Positions 42,367 through 56,548 of a DNA stretch of 64,000 nt are shown here, piece after piece (the stretch's first letter is position 1; every line of letters starts with the position of its first letter). The translations under genes and the position numbers were made by a program. Origin of the DNA: Dimorphilus gyrociliatus (taxonomy: Eukaryota; Animalia; Annelida); assembly GCA_904063045.1 (NCBI GenBank), contig CAJFCJ010000004.1, forward strand, positions 675,713 through 739,712, read 5' to 3'. Under the pieces are notes generated by a model. The model was not told the origin of the DNA. It did not search any database and saw only the letters and a list, made by a program, of their open reading frames with translations.

Positions 42367-44105
42367 ATAAATCGAATCTTGTCGCTAATATTACCCTCCT
42401 TCTAAATCTAACACTAGACAGATAAAAGTAGAAACACAATTTTTATTCTCGGATTCATAAATCCTATTGCTGCCAGCGAATATCATTCAAAATGAAGAAG
42501 GCAAAAAAGAAATTTTATCACTTTTGAAATCATCTAGAGAATCTTCTGAATATTTCACTAGACAAGCAAATCCCCTCTCCCTCCTCTCTTACTAAAATTC
42601 GTGCATTATTTGTTTCTTTTTTGTAGCTAGGTACAAGAATGATTAAGGAGGGGTTTAAAAAAGTGGGTCGGGAGTCGACAGGGTAGGATATTTATTAAAG
42701 AGAATATGTGAGTTATTTACATATTTTTTCCATGGATAATCCAAAGAGTACCATTTGTGATAAATCATTGAAGATAGAAGAAATGATTTTTTCATCAGAT
42801 ATCTTCATATATATATTTTATTTAAACTTAAACAAAATTCATATATATTGAACATTGAACATTTAAAAAGGAAACACTGGAATCGTTAATTGTATTTCAA
42901 AGCAAAATTATATCTATTAATGAGACGTAGTTTAGAAACAAATAATATAAACTGTAACGCTTTCAATAGATTTATTAAAGAAATTCAAAGAATAAATGAC
43001 CATGACGGTGATTAAATGACAACGACATTAACGATAGCTATGATAGTGATCAAGATAATGTAATAAAAAGAAATATAAGAAATATTAGGCCAATTAAAAA
43101 AAATTGTAAACTGTCCTGGTCTTTATTTTTAGAACAGCTATATCCTTTCTAAGAGAATATATTGAAAGAAAGAAGCTGTCTAATATGTCATTATCTATTA
43201 CTAATATATATATACATATATGTACTATATACTGTCAATTAATGCAGTATATTTAAACTTAATACAAATATTTTTACTTTGTTTATTTATAATATTGATA
43301 ATAATTGTCTAATAACTGCTGTCTATAGCACATCGTATGTATATAATGCCTCTGTATATATTTATTTATATTTTTATTTGTTCTTGTTGTTTATTCTATT
43401 AATGTTTTCTTTCTATTAAGTCCTAATGAGAGCAAAATTAGGGAGAGAATAAAACGAGTCAGAGTGAGAGAGAAAAGGGGGGAAGGGGAATAGGGGAATA
43501 GGGGAAGAGTGAGAGAGTGAGAGAGTGAGAAAGAAAGGCAGACAAAGAGAGGGAGGGAAGAATATCAAGAGAAATAGTAGGTCTATAGAAACAAAAAAAT
43601 AACAAATAATACTCTGCATCGACTTAATAACTGTGATCAGTTTAGGAATAATAACTCTTTATATATACATTATTATATATATATATATAAATTTATATAT
43701 TATTATCATTATTATTGATTTTATCAAACTTTAAATAAACTATTTGATTAATAGAGTCTAATTTTATATCATACAGTATATTAAAATTTATTACTTAAAA
43801 GTAAAAAGATGTACTGATACAATAGCAGTAAAATTGATCACGTATCTTCTTAGGCATTAGATTTTTTTTTCTTTTTTTAAGTACAGAGAGTAAGAAAAGA
43901 TGAGTTAGAAAGATGTCTTTTTTTGGAATGGAAAAAAATAAGACAATATGATAAATAGCGATTGCAGGACTAGTTATGAAATATATATTCGCATATTATC
44001 ATTATGTGAATTTTGTACATCAGTATTTACTTTAGATGTTTTATAAGCAATTTATTATATCGCCGCGAGAAATATAAGAGGCAGGATGGGATTTTGAATA
44101 ACTAA

Positions 44106-46844
44106 TTAATGCATTATAAAGGACGCATGACGTTTTAACATTTTCAATTGCCCTTTCAGCAGCTCAATAAACGTAATTGGTTGAACAACAATAGATATAT
44201 CTTGACCAACAGCTTGTAGCCTATGTTCAATCTGAAAAATTATTAATGAATACAATGAGCTATAACTGGGTACAATTATTCTATAGGCTGTTACTTCCTT
44301 CATTAATAAAGAAATTACAAAACTATGTAATTTGACTATATATAATTATCTCAATGTTATACGAACCTCATCTCTCTTGAAGAATAAATTAAGTGGCCGG
44401 TCATTAATTTCCGTGAGAAACCAATTACATTCCTGCCCTCCGAAATGAGCTGACACGGATAACCCATAGCGATTAGCAAGACTGTCCTGTACTACTGAAA
44501 TTATTTCTGCTGTTCCACCTTTTCGAACTATGCCCAAGTCTTGCGATTCTTCTCGGTTTGAAATTACAAAGACTGTAGCGTACGGAATACGCCTTATAAG
44601 AAAAGTGACATTAGCGTCATCTTTAGTTCTTTTTATTAACTGGTAGGCAATTTTCGAATTTTCAACTTTTTGGCCATTTACAAATAAAACTTGATCTCCT
44701 ATGTGAAATACTTGTTTAAGATATGGTCGTATTGTCGTATGCCACCCGGATATCCTATGGATTTGCATTGAAATTAATTAATATGCGTTTAACAAATATA
44801 ACTATATTTTACCAGACAGAGTCAAGAGCGTCGACCAAAGCAAGACAATGATAGCAAATGGCTTTTTTGAGGATAACCTGAAGTTGTAGTATTTCAGAAT
44901 TTTATATTAAGTTTATGTTATATATATATATACAAGAATCTAGTACAGATAGTAATTTTCAAGTTCAAAACACGGGAAGTATATCCTGATGTGTTATTTT
45001 AAACTAAGCAGATAGTACTATAGTATCATCTCAAAAACAGCTACTTTTCATGAAACAGTTATTTTGCTAGTTACCTTAACTCCACCTGTACAATTTATCT
45101 CGTCTTTTAATTTTTCTACTTGAAGTTGTTTTAAAGATCCTACACCTTTAGGTGCAATTGGTCCCATTGCTCCTCTTTCATCATATTCAGGTGGTGTATC
45201 ATAATCCGACGGTGCAGCTTCCCATCCAAAAACAGCATCCTCTCCATCATATTTAATAGGAAGTTCATTGTCGCAAACAACTTCTGAGTTTCGGTAATCA
45301 GAAGATGTTGACTGCCTAAATGTTGGGACATTTAGAAGCTTATAGATAGGTAATTAAGTGAAAAATGAATAACAAAACTCTCCGCAAATGTCATATATTT
45401 ACATTATTAATATATAATTAATGACTGATATTTACAGTATATAAATCCTAATTTTTGTCTATCATTTATCTCAACAACAATTATTATTTATTTAAAGAAA
45501 ATAAGTACAATAATGCCATTTACCAACCTAGAGTGGATACTGGTAGGTGTATCAGGGGCAGGAATGACATCTTCACTGTCTGGTAACATTGGGCTTGTAA
45601 CTATTGCTTCTCCGACTAAAGACTGCCGATGAATAAATGAACTAGTGGTCCCAGGGACAAATTCCAATGATCTCGATGCAGATTCTGTAGAGGACTGCCT
45701 TGTTATTGGCGACGTAGCCTCTACTAATTCACCAGACCATAAAGCTTCGACAACTTCCGGAGCATTCATATTATTTTCTTGTTCATCTTCCGAACTGTCT
45801 TCTAAATCAGATATCCTAATATTTATTGGTCTTTCTAGTCTTCTAGGTACGAAATCTACATAATCGTTAGATTCTTTTTTCTGTGTGAGATTTTTCACAA
45901 TTTAGGCCGAATATTATTACTGAACACCATATTGAGATAGTAAAGCCTACGTATAATATGAATATGAATAAAGATACGTAAATTTAAAAAGTAAAGTATT
46001 ATTTAGAATAAAGAAAACTGTCTATATCATTATAAAAGTTTCTCCTTTACAATACTAATTTCTATATTTCTACATGAATAAATTGATTAATAACATAAAA
46101 ATTATATATAATTACCTCGGTAATTCTCAATTGTTGTAAACAAACATTTATTGTCTGATACCAATTCTCACTTTCCTCACTATAATAAAAAGTAAAAAAT
46201 TATTGCTTTACTATCTTTTCTGAATGTTTAAATATATTAATTAATTAATTTAATGTTCAATAAGTTTGAATTAAAGTAAGAGAACAACTCTATAGTCTAT
46301 CCTGTTCATTAGTCATAATTCGTTCTATATAATATCATTGCTAACTGAGCTGTTAACTTACATGTTAGCAGTTTTAAATGAAAAGATATCATCTTGAACA
46401 TGAATTCGTACAATTCCATCAATGTCGTTGAAATAAACGTAATTTGATAAAGATAAATCAAATTCTTCATAGTTCTTTCTTAATGACGCATCTTGAACTT
46501 TACGGAAGCATTCGAGAACAGGTTTACTTTCACCTTTAATGCAAAAAACCAGAAAGATGTTTTTGCCTGTTTTAAATCTTTTCTTTTTGAATAAATCCAT
46601 AAATCGTCTCTGTTTAAGTCATGTTTAAAATTGTATTATTAATATAAATATCCTCTTTCGTTTAACGATAAATTTGAGAAATATTTTATTATCTAACCCA
46701 GCATCTCTCACTACTTCGGTGGGCTTTTACCAGGGATACTATCCCTTGCTTCTTGATTATCACTGACATTGATAATCTACGGTTTTCTACATCTGAAGTT
46801 TCAATATCACTTTCCGGTTGTACACTGTGTGTCGCTTCAGACAT
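44106..46844 (-). CDS. Uncharacterised scaffold: N-terminal PH-like domain, Ser/acidic Tyr-motif linker, C-terminal PDZ-like region (about 8 exons)
   Basis: Exons join in frame via GT-AG introns. PH-like C-terminal helix EESENWYQTINVCL; PDZ-like segments VFHIGDQVLFVNGQ and LTEINDRPLNLFF. Domain calls are by eye. Confidence 0.75.
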
Positions 46845-47384
46845 GACTGATTTATGAATACGCAGAGTTCAATCACGTGAATGACCTATACATTTTAAAC
46901 TTCCCGCTCTTGGCTTATATTTGCATTTGTTAATCACCGCTCCAAGTAACCGTTCACTGAACGTTTTGTCACGTTTGTATTTTATGTTTATACGTTTATT
47001 CACAGACAAGGATAAGGTAGACCTCTCATATCTTTTGCAATTTAATTACTAGTAGTAGATCACAAATTCAAATTCAATATTGAGTTGCTTTCAATTAAAT
47101 TAGAATGATCTTTCTATCATCTTTCTACCACGTGTAGAACACGACCATTTTCTAACTAATCTTTAATTTCGCAACTTATCTGCGTAAAATAGATTAGATT
47201 TCGCAACATCATGTGAAAAACACCATATTTTAAAATGTATTAAATACAATGGAAAGATCTACGTTACTAATTTGTCATATGACTATTGTTTCGCTATCAA
47301 ACCAGAAAATAGGCCTTATGAACTGGCCTGTATCTTTGGTATAAAATGAGAATAAACTGATGCAATAACTTACTTTCAGCCATA

Positions 47385-49156
47385 ATGTTGACTCGCTTGA
47401 CGATCCAAAGCTTGCGCTTAAAAAGCACTGCAGCTAGCACAGCAGCATTAAGAAAGGTAAAAGTTAATTGCTATAATAATTTAATACAAAATTAATTACG
47501 TGGTATTTCATATTTTAGTTCTTTCTCCCCCCTCCCCTCTCCCCATCCCCATAGTTTTTGTTAGATAAAATAAATTAGTTGAACTTCTTAAAAGACAAAG
47601 TATTATTCATAAGTTATTCAAAAATTATAATTCCAAAATTCTAAAGTTACTTTTACGTTTCATTCGCAGCTGTTTCATGATGCTTTTCAAAAGTATAATT
47701 AACATTGTGACGTATATCTCAAACTCTCTTTTTCTCATTTCACAAATTTGATTTGAAATCACCTCTCTGTAATTTTGTTGTAAATCTTTAAATAATCTTA
47801 TCATAATTGGTAATGTTTTTATATCTACTATTTTCGATTAACTTAAACAATTCTATATCTCTTCAATTTAACAGGCTTTAACAGTACTTAATGGAAGATA
47901 TTTTATCTCATTGCCTTGAAATGTTTTTTTTGTCAATTTAGATTGGTTCAAGATCTGAAGAAATATTTCATCGTGAAGACAAGTATGGCGCCCATAATTA
48001 TAAACCCCTTCCTGTTGCGATTGCTAAGGGTGAAGGTGTATTCCTTTGGGATGTGGAAGGAAACCGTTATTACGACTTTCTTTCGGCCTATAGCGCTGTA
48101 AATCAAGGCCATTGCCATCCTAAAATAGTTGAAACTCTAAAGAAGCAGGCCACTACGTTAACCTTGACATCTCGAGCCTACTATAACAATATTTTAGGGG
48201 AATTTGAGGAATATATCACAGGATTGTTTGGCTATGATAAGGTTTTGCCAATGAACACTGGCGTTGAAGGGGGTGAAACAGCTATAAAGTTAGCCAGACG
48301 ATGGGGTTATCAAGTAAAGAAAATTCCCGAAAACATGGCAAAAACTCTTTTCGCAACTGGAAATTTTTGGGGCCGTACTATGGCTGCCGTTTCCTCCAGT
48401 GACGATTCTGATAGTTATGGCGGATATGGCCCCTTCATGCCCCGCATGGAATTGGTACCCTATAACAACTTACCAGAGTTAGACAAAGCTCTTAGCGATC
48501 CAACAGTGTGCGCATTTATGGTTGAACCAATTCAAGGAGAAGCCGGTGTTGTTGTTCCAGATGAAGGTTACTTGGCAGGTGTTAGAAAGCTATGTACTAA
48601 GCATAACGTACTATTTATTGCTGATGAAGTACAAACTGGTTTGGCCAGAACTGGAAAGAGGCTTTGTGTTGATCATGACAATGTGAGACCTGATATTGTC
48701 ATTCTAGGTAAGGCCTTGAGTGGAGGTGTTTATCCGGTGTCAGCAGTATTAGCTGACGATGACATTATGTTACAAATTCAACCTGGTCAACATGGATCTA
48801 CTTATGGTGGAAATCCCTTGGGTACCAAGGTTGCTATTACTGCGTTAGAGGTTCTTGAAGACGAAAAATTGGCCGAAAATGCTGACAAAATGGGAGCTTT
48901 ACTGAGGAAGGAATTATCTGAGCTACCGAAAGACGTTGTATCTGTTGTAAGAGGAAAAGGTCTGCTCAATGCTATTGTTGTGAACTCGAAAATTGACGCA
49001 TGGCAATTATGTCTGAAATTGAGAGATAATGGTGTACTTGCGAAACCAACTCACGTTGATAAGATTAGATTCGCGCCACCTTTGGTTATCAGCGAAGAAC
49101 AGCTTCAAGAAGCAGCAAACATCATCAAGGAAACCATAATGGAATACATCAATTAA
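47385..49156 (+). CDS. OAT: Ornithine aminotransferase, mitochondrial (exon 47385-47457, possible 9-nt microexon, large exon 47942-49156)
   Basis: Basic presequence [14 protein letters not shown]; [14 protein letters not shown]; [18 protein letters not shown]; [10 protein letters not shown]; IADEVQTGL; PLP-binding lysine in LGKALSGG; HGSTYGGNP; IRFAPPL. Confidence 0.97.
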
Positions 49157-49417
49157 CTTTATTGAAAAGTACAATGATGTGATTTTACTTGAAAATTCGT
49201 TCAATTAAATATATTCTCTTGAGCAGTTTGTAATTTGCAAATGAATTAAAAACTATATAAAATCAGAAAAAACTCTATGTCATTTATATTTTGCGCTCAC
49301 TCTCTATACCAGTTATCACAGTTTCTTGAATGTATGTTTCAAAAAACTGCTAAACGCACATGTACGCTTCCAATTATACATTATTTTAATATCTATTAAG
49401 CGATCTTATTTGTTAAA

Positions 49418-52400
49418 ATGTTTAACGATGGTGATTTAATGATAAATTTTGTTACAAGTGGACCCAAAAAAAAAAATGTTGAGAAAAAACCTACTAAGAA
49501 ACCCAACATTGAAAAGGTTAGCCATTTTTCGAGCAAGTCTTTCAATTCGATTTAATTTAATTACTCTTTAAAACTTTTCACTAAATATATTTCTTTTTTT
49601 AACCTCAAGAAAACTGAACTAAATATAATCAGCAAGGCAAAGCCTCGGCCTGTCAAAACTAATTTGAAAAGGAAATTAGTCGATAATAAAAGCTCAAAAA
49701 ATAATTCGATTTCCAATAAAAAGCAAAAACCAAATAAGGGAGGACAGTTTATTTCATCTCTTTTTACAAAGAATCCTGAAATTCCCAAGATCGAAATGTA
49801 AGTTAGATGATTAAACGCAATGAAATTATTAAAATAATTTTGTCAACAGCACAAAAACAACTGTCGAACCTGAAAAAGTTTTTGCACCAAATTCATTCAA
49901 TAGTTTGAAAGTTCACAAATTTATTATAGACTATGTTCAAAGTAAAATGGGATTTACAGAAATGACAAAAATTCAAGAGGTGGCTATACCAAAACTGTTA
50001 GAGGGTAGTGATATATTAGTCAAGAGTCAGACAGGATCTGGTAAGTTTTTATGCAACAAATATTGAATTTTGCTATAATTTGAGTTTTATTTTCTTATAA
50101 AACAATGTTAGGCAAAACTTTGACTTATGCTATTCCTATTCTCCACAAATTGCAAAGTATAACACCCGAAATAAATAGAAGTAATGGAGTTTTCGCCATC
50201 ATAATGCTGCCCACAAGAGAGGTAATTATCAAAGTTGTTTTTACGTTTAAACAATGCGATATTAAAACTTGAAGTTTAATTATTTCAGCTTGCTTTGCAA
50301 ACTTTTCAAACATTTCAAAAGCTTGTTCAGGTAACTATATAAAAAAAGGGGGACTGATAAATCTATATAAATGACTTGAATTATTTTCCAGCCTTTTATT
50401 CGCATTGTTCCCGGTTTGATTATTGGTGGTGAAAAGAGAAAAACAGAAAAAGCAAAGTAATTATTTGGAATTTATTCTTGTGTAAAATAAGTAATAGCTG
50501 TATAATTATACATCTTTTAATAGCATTCGTAAAGGAGTGAATATCCTAGTAACAACGCCTAAAAGACTAATAGACCATATAACGAGCACAAAGTCATTAA
50601 ACCTGCAAAATGTCCAATATTTCGTGATTGATGAAGCTGACAGGTTTTTTTCCCCTTTTGTATAATAGTAATTATATCCAAAGTGATCTTTTCCTTTTCT
50701 TAGATTGCTAGAGTTAGGTTTTGAAGCAGACATAAAAACTATAATAGAAGCTCTTGATAAAAGATCTAATCCTTCTCTAAGGCAAAATATCCTTCTTTCC
50801 GCAACACTAACGAATAAAGTGGAGAGTATGGTGAGCATTGCTTTAAAAAAGCCTTTGAAAATAGACGCTGAAGAATCGAATATGGAGAAATTCTCCACTC
50901 CTATATCTTTGAAGAATTTTTGCGTTATTGTACCATATAAGTTAAGATTGGTAACTCTAACAGCCTTTTTATTGGATAAATGCAAGGTATATAACTTTTT
51001 GTCTCTTGATGTTACATAAGATTTTTAGTGAATGAACTATTAATAGATTTCCAAGAAGAAAAATAAGGCTATCGTATTTTCTTCTACTCAAGATACTGTT
51101 GAGTTCTTGTACAGATTGTTGGAGTATACGCTGAATAAAAATGTTGAAGATGTTGACAAATTACAAACCGAATGCGATCTTTACAAACTCTATGGCAATA
51201 TGGAACAAAAGGTGCGTCTAGTAGCGGTATTTTTTATTATTATTCTTTAAAAGAGCAATATTAATTGAACTTTGAGTATAAAGTTCATACTTCTGTTTAT
51301 TCACATGTATAATATCATTCAGTGAACATTACCATACGAAAGTAAGACCGCTAAACTTTCGTTAAACGTTTATCTTTTATGTAGTCATTAAATATTGATA
51401 TTTCCCATAATTTTGCTTAGGGACTAGGTATAAATGTAAACATATATACTGTATATGTACTCAAAAGAGATTAAAATCAATTACTTTCTGATTTTACTAA
51501 ATATATGTACACTTGTTATATAGTTTGCTATTTGAAAGTCAATTATAAATTAATTAATCATTGAGAATTATCTATTTAAAGACTGGATTTAATATTGATT
51601 CGAAAAGAAAGAGAAAAAAATACAATAAATCGTTTTTGAGGTGAAAACATATAAAACGGTTCGATATAGCGAATATTTCATTAACCTTTTTTCTAATCTA
51701 TTCAACTTCTTTCGAATTTTAAAACTAAGAACGTCAATATAGGTCTTTTTTTTAACTCTACTATATTCTATTCTACAGGAACGAAGTCAAGTTTATGAGA
51801 AATTTAGCAAATCAACTTGCGGAATTTTATTATCTACCGTTAGTAATTAGCTTAATTACACTTGTCTGCTATAATATTTATAATATTATGTATTAATAGG
51901 ATGTTGGGTCAAGGGGACTTAATCTTCAGGGGGTCGATTGGATAATTCAATATAATCCAGCCACTTCAATTGAGGACTATGTTCATCGAGTTGGAAGAAC
52001 AGCTAGAGCAGGTGCTAAAGGAAACGCATTAATATTTCTAGCTCCATCCGAAGTTGGCTACTTAGATATGTTGAAAGAAAACGATATAGGGTTAGCCTAA
52101 TTATTTAAAACAAAAAATTTTTCTAGTATAATTATAAGATAAGTAAATCATACTTATATCTTTATCTATATGTTAAAAAAATCCATTAATCTCTATGCCT
52201 ATCTGCTTGGTCTATTATACAATCTTATTTAATTGATAATATTCAAATGAATTTATTTTGAAATGTTAATGAAAGTTTATGGCTATAAGTTGTTGTTTTA
52301 GATATAATTTTTGCTATTTTTTTGCAGAATTGAATCATTAGAAGTGAATGATATTCTGAAATGCTTATTAATCTACTTCGCTAACGATATCAGTAAGAAA

Positions 52401-53010
52401 CTTAAAGGAGAAAAGGTTGATTATATATTCTATTGAAGAATGTTTCTTAGTTGTATTCTTGTAAAATATATAGGCTGTAGAGGTTGCGGCAATAGAATTG
52501 CAGAAGGTGTTTGAAACGGCATTAGAGGATGAAGACTTGAAAGAAGCTGCAAAGAAAGGTATATTGTATTGAAGATGTAGATATTAGCTTTATTAGGTTA
52601 ACTATTTCATATTTTTTCCTTAAAGGCTTTCGAAGTTTTCTGAGAGCCTACGCAGCTTATCCCGGAAAATTAAGAAAATTCTTTTTTATTAAGAATATAC
52701 ATATTGGCCATGTTGCCAAGAGTTTTTGTTTAAACGAAGCACCCAGTGACATTAAGTTTGATAGACAAACAGCTGCTAAAGGTTCCTTTAATCCAATGAA
52801 AGTTTATGGATATAAATTTGGTTTGAAGGCATCAATTAAAAAGTATGTGTACAAAATTTCATAAAACAGCCTTAATATTATTTGATATTTTCTCTGAATA
52901 GAGTGAACGCGTTAGATGAATTTGATAGTGGACTTGGCAAAAACATGGTTTCAAAGACTAAGCCAAACGCTAATAAAAAAGGAAAAAAACTAAAGAGATT
53001 ACGAAAGTGA
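49418..53010 (+). CDS. DDX31: DEAD-box RNA helicase DDX31/Dbp7, about 13 exons
   Basis: KSQTGS|[75 protein letters not shown] and C-terminal EFDSGL fit the DDX31 subfamily. Confidence 0.88.
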
Positions 53011-54184
53011 AATGTTATGGGCTAAAAGTATTTTCTTGTCTAAAAAAATCTAATTAGTACGAAATCTATAAATATACAACCAAAGGAACCATATTCCTTG
53101 CTTATGTGATGCATGTCTATACATTTTATGTTCAGATACTATATTTATATATACAGTATACGTGTAGTGTATTGTATATAGTGTATTTAAATGTATAATA
53201 TACAGTATATTGATTTCTCTCAATTCTTAAGTTTTTCGTCTACCGAGGATAATGCTGAAAAAACTCATTGAAATTGAAAATGCAAAAAAACAACCTCAGC
53301 AATTAATGGTCAATTTTTAGGCCTGTAATTAATTATTGACATTATTAAGTGGGTGAAAGTTGATTTCTCTTATTCTTTTCATCTAATTTAGAAACCTTAT
53401 GCCTTCTATTCTTGTGTTTTATGTTTTTTTTTTGAAGTAAGCAACAAAATCGGGGTTTAAAAGCTTTTTCAATCAGTTTATTTATCGTTCAAATAAGCTA
53501 TTAGCAGTGTTTCTATATCGATTTTCTTCATAAATTGAAAATTTTTTTTTACGATACTTTATTCTAACATTTCTTTTCAAGAAATGGGGAAAAAAAGAGG
53601 GGGAGTAAGATCCTATCTTGGATAAAAATCTTTTTTTAGAAAATATCATAAGTAGGGAGAGAATTAACAAGTAGATAGTCACTTTTTATTATATATATGG
53701 TTTCATGAGAATATTAGAAATGGGGACTAACCGGCTTCTCAGAACACTTTTATATTTTTCTCTGATAAGTGAGGGACTTCATATAAATTCGTTGGTGGTA
53801 TAATTATTTAACTAACAGAGTACTCTACTAAAGTTTGAATAATCCGTTTAGTCCGATTAGGATACAATTTAGGAAAAGATAATGGAAGTTTCTCGTCGAC
53901 TTAATCGTTTAATTTGCAAATTTCATAAATATAAAAGCTCTCACGGAATTCTTCTTCTACTCCTTGGAATCATAACCAAAACTATACGACCTATCAAAAT
54001 AATTAGATACAAACCCTTACATTGTGTACTATGGCCTTTTCTCAGATTATTTTCCAGGATTTTATTTCTTATTCACTCAATTTAAATAGATTATTAAGGT
54101 TTTGCTAGAGGCACTACTGCATAATTAGATGAAATTCATTGCTGAGATTTTATATTACATAATTCTGACACCACTAGGCGTGAA

Positions 54185-54256
54185 GACTCCGTGGCGCAAC
54201 GGTAGCGCGTCTGACTCCAGATCAGAAGGTTGCGTGTTCAAATCACGTCGGGGTCA
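54185..54256 (+). tRNA. trnW: tRNA-Trp (anticodon CCA)
   Basis: 72-nt cloverleaf with acceptor stem GACTCCG/CGGGGTC, anticodon loop CTCCAGA and T-loop TTCAAAT; a downstream T-run serves as Pol III terminator. Nearly identical to eukaryotic tRNA-Trp. Confidence 0.98.
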
Positions 54257-56530
54257 ATCATATTTTTTATTTTTTTTTTCCATTAATTATTCTGTAATCA
54301 ATTATTTTAATTTAAATATTCTAGTACAGCTGATTAGTTAATTAGAACACACTGTAATTAAATTTTCCTTAGACTGTTCATCTACTGAAGAAAGGGGGTA
54401 GTGCTTCAATTTATATCTTTTTTCAACATTAATTATTAGATAAATAGTGTAGACGTTTTACTTTTAAGCCTATGCATTTAATACACTTTTTCTACATATC
54501 TATAAAATACTATATGGAGCAAATAGAGTATTTCGAATGAAGAAAGAATTGCATTGAAAAATTCGTTTAAAGGAACATTAATGACGAATAAGATGCTGTC
54601 GAATTATTAATGGTCCAGGAGAACTAACTCTCTTCCTCCTACTTTATCCGTTAAGTTTTTCTAACCCTATACCTATTTTAGTTAAGAAGGAAGACTAGCA
54701 TTTACTTTTTATTCAAATATAATTTTAATACTAAAAGGAGGAAGTCGTAGATAAAGTCTAATGTACTAGAGAAGAGAAATATCTTCCTCAGTAAATTGCA
54801 ATCGATGTTATCTTCTTTTTTATGCTTTACACGATTTCTCGAAAGAAATTTTCTTCTATTTCGTAAATCGATCATTAGTTTGTTGCTTTTTTTTCCTTTC
54901 CCCTCCTCTCCACTCCTCGCCGAATGAAGAGGCAAAACTAGTGTAAAAAAGAATAGCAAATGCAAAGATAATTGATCAAAATCATATTTAATCATAAAAA
55001 AAAATAACAAGCAATGACTAGAATGGCTTATTTTATTACTAAATATAGAATAATAATAATAAATGAAGTATATTTAAAAATTAAAATAGTTCTATAGCCA
55101 AAAAGGAAAAAAGAAACAAAACCCAAAATACTATAAAAACTATAGAGAAACTGGTGAGGAGAGTTCTTTTTTTGTATTTTGGTTTAAAATAAGTAAGAAT
55201 TGGAAATATTTACTTATTTATGAATTCACATTTAGTTAAAATGGTAATTATATTTTCTATTTTCCCAAGATATATACAAATTCTATCGAAAGGTATTAAT
55301 AATTAAAGAAATGGACAAAGAGTGGGTGATCCTCTTCTTTTGTTACACTTCACCTCCAAGCAAATTAGAATAATCGTTACTTTTTATTTATAATGATATA
55401 AGAACAATGGAGAAATGTGTCAATTGTCATATTATTAATTGATTAAGCCTTATAATAGTCCAATACTAGAAATTAGTGTTTAAAATTTAAAATTTATCTC
55501 CTCTTAGCTCCGAGAAAGTGTATTTCTAGCTTTTAAGCAAGCGTTATAAAAATCTATATTGATAAACATTAGTGAATACTATTTGTATATATATATATAG
55601 TATGTATAAGCAATAAATAGAAATTATTCGACGCTCGAAGCAAATCAATTATTTTCTCCTTTCATACACAAGTTGCTTACTTGTATCAGGTAAGCATCTG
55701 TTAACTATTTCTCTATCTCTTTTCCTTTTCTTCTCTTGCCTTTAGTTTAATACGATGGGATTATTATATTGTCAATATAATACTAAGCTGTTTTTTTTCT
55801 TTTTTGACCCTTTCGTTATAGCGCCACCTGTATCAAAGAGTTTACTGGAATAAGAAATAAACATATACCCGCCGAAATAAATATAAGTAGTAAATACAAT
55901 CAATTGGATATACTGTAAATGAAATTAATACAATATGGTTTGTACTTTTCTTTAGTTTATATCTTATTAGGAGATGGAAGAAATTAGACGAATTACTGGT
56001 AAATATCTGTGATTTTTCGCAGTTTTTTAATTAGATACGTGCCTAAGCTATATCGTGGTGATATTTTACCAGTCAATAGACCGAAATTCTATTTATATTT
56101 ACAGACTGAATTGCTGTAAGTAGATCCGATCTATTAAATAGGCCTATTTTAAATCGATGAAGCTTTAATTGGGCAATCAAAAGCCCTAAATAAACAAAAG
56201 TAAGATTCAAAAGTAATAGAAAGGCAACTTTTGTGTTTTAAAGTTTCGACTCGTTATTTTTGCAAAGATGAAAGGTTAGCGGAAAAGAGAGACATGTCAA
56301 ACATTGACATCATTGCCCTAGAGTCTTAACAGGCAGAAAGATTTCTCAAATTATCTGTCGACGAGAATAAAGTTTTTAAGGCATTGTTTTAACATTGCTT
56401 CTAAAGCGGGATTATCCTAAGTCTGTGAAATTCCCATGAAGTTTTAAGGTAAAGTAAATATAAAAATTGTAAGGCTTTAACCACAAGTTAGTATAGCAGG
56501 GAAAAAGAAGGAAAGAATAGAGAGGGAGTG

Positions 56531-56548
56531 AGAGAGAGAGAGAGAGAG
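56531..56548. repeat. (AG)9 microsatellite within a purine-rich tract
   Basis: Directly visible. Confidence 0.9.

Noticed and set aside
54702-55010. 102-aa minus-strand ORF
   Set aside because: Low-complexity K/F/L-rich translation of purine/pyrimidine tracts.
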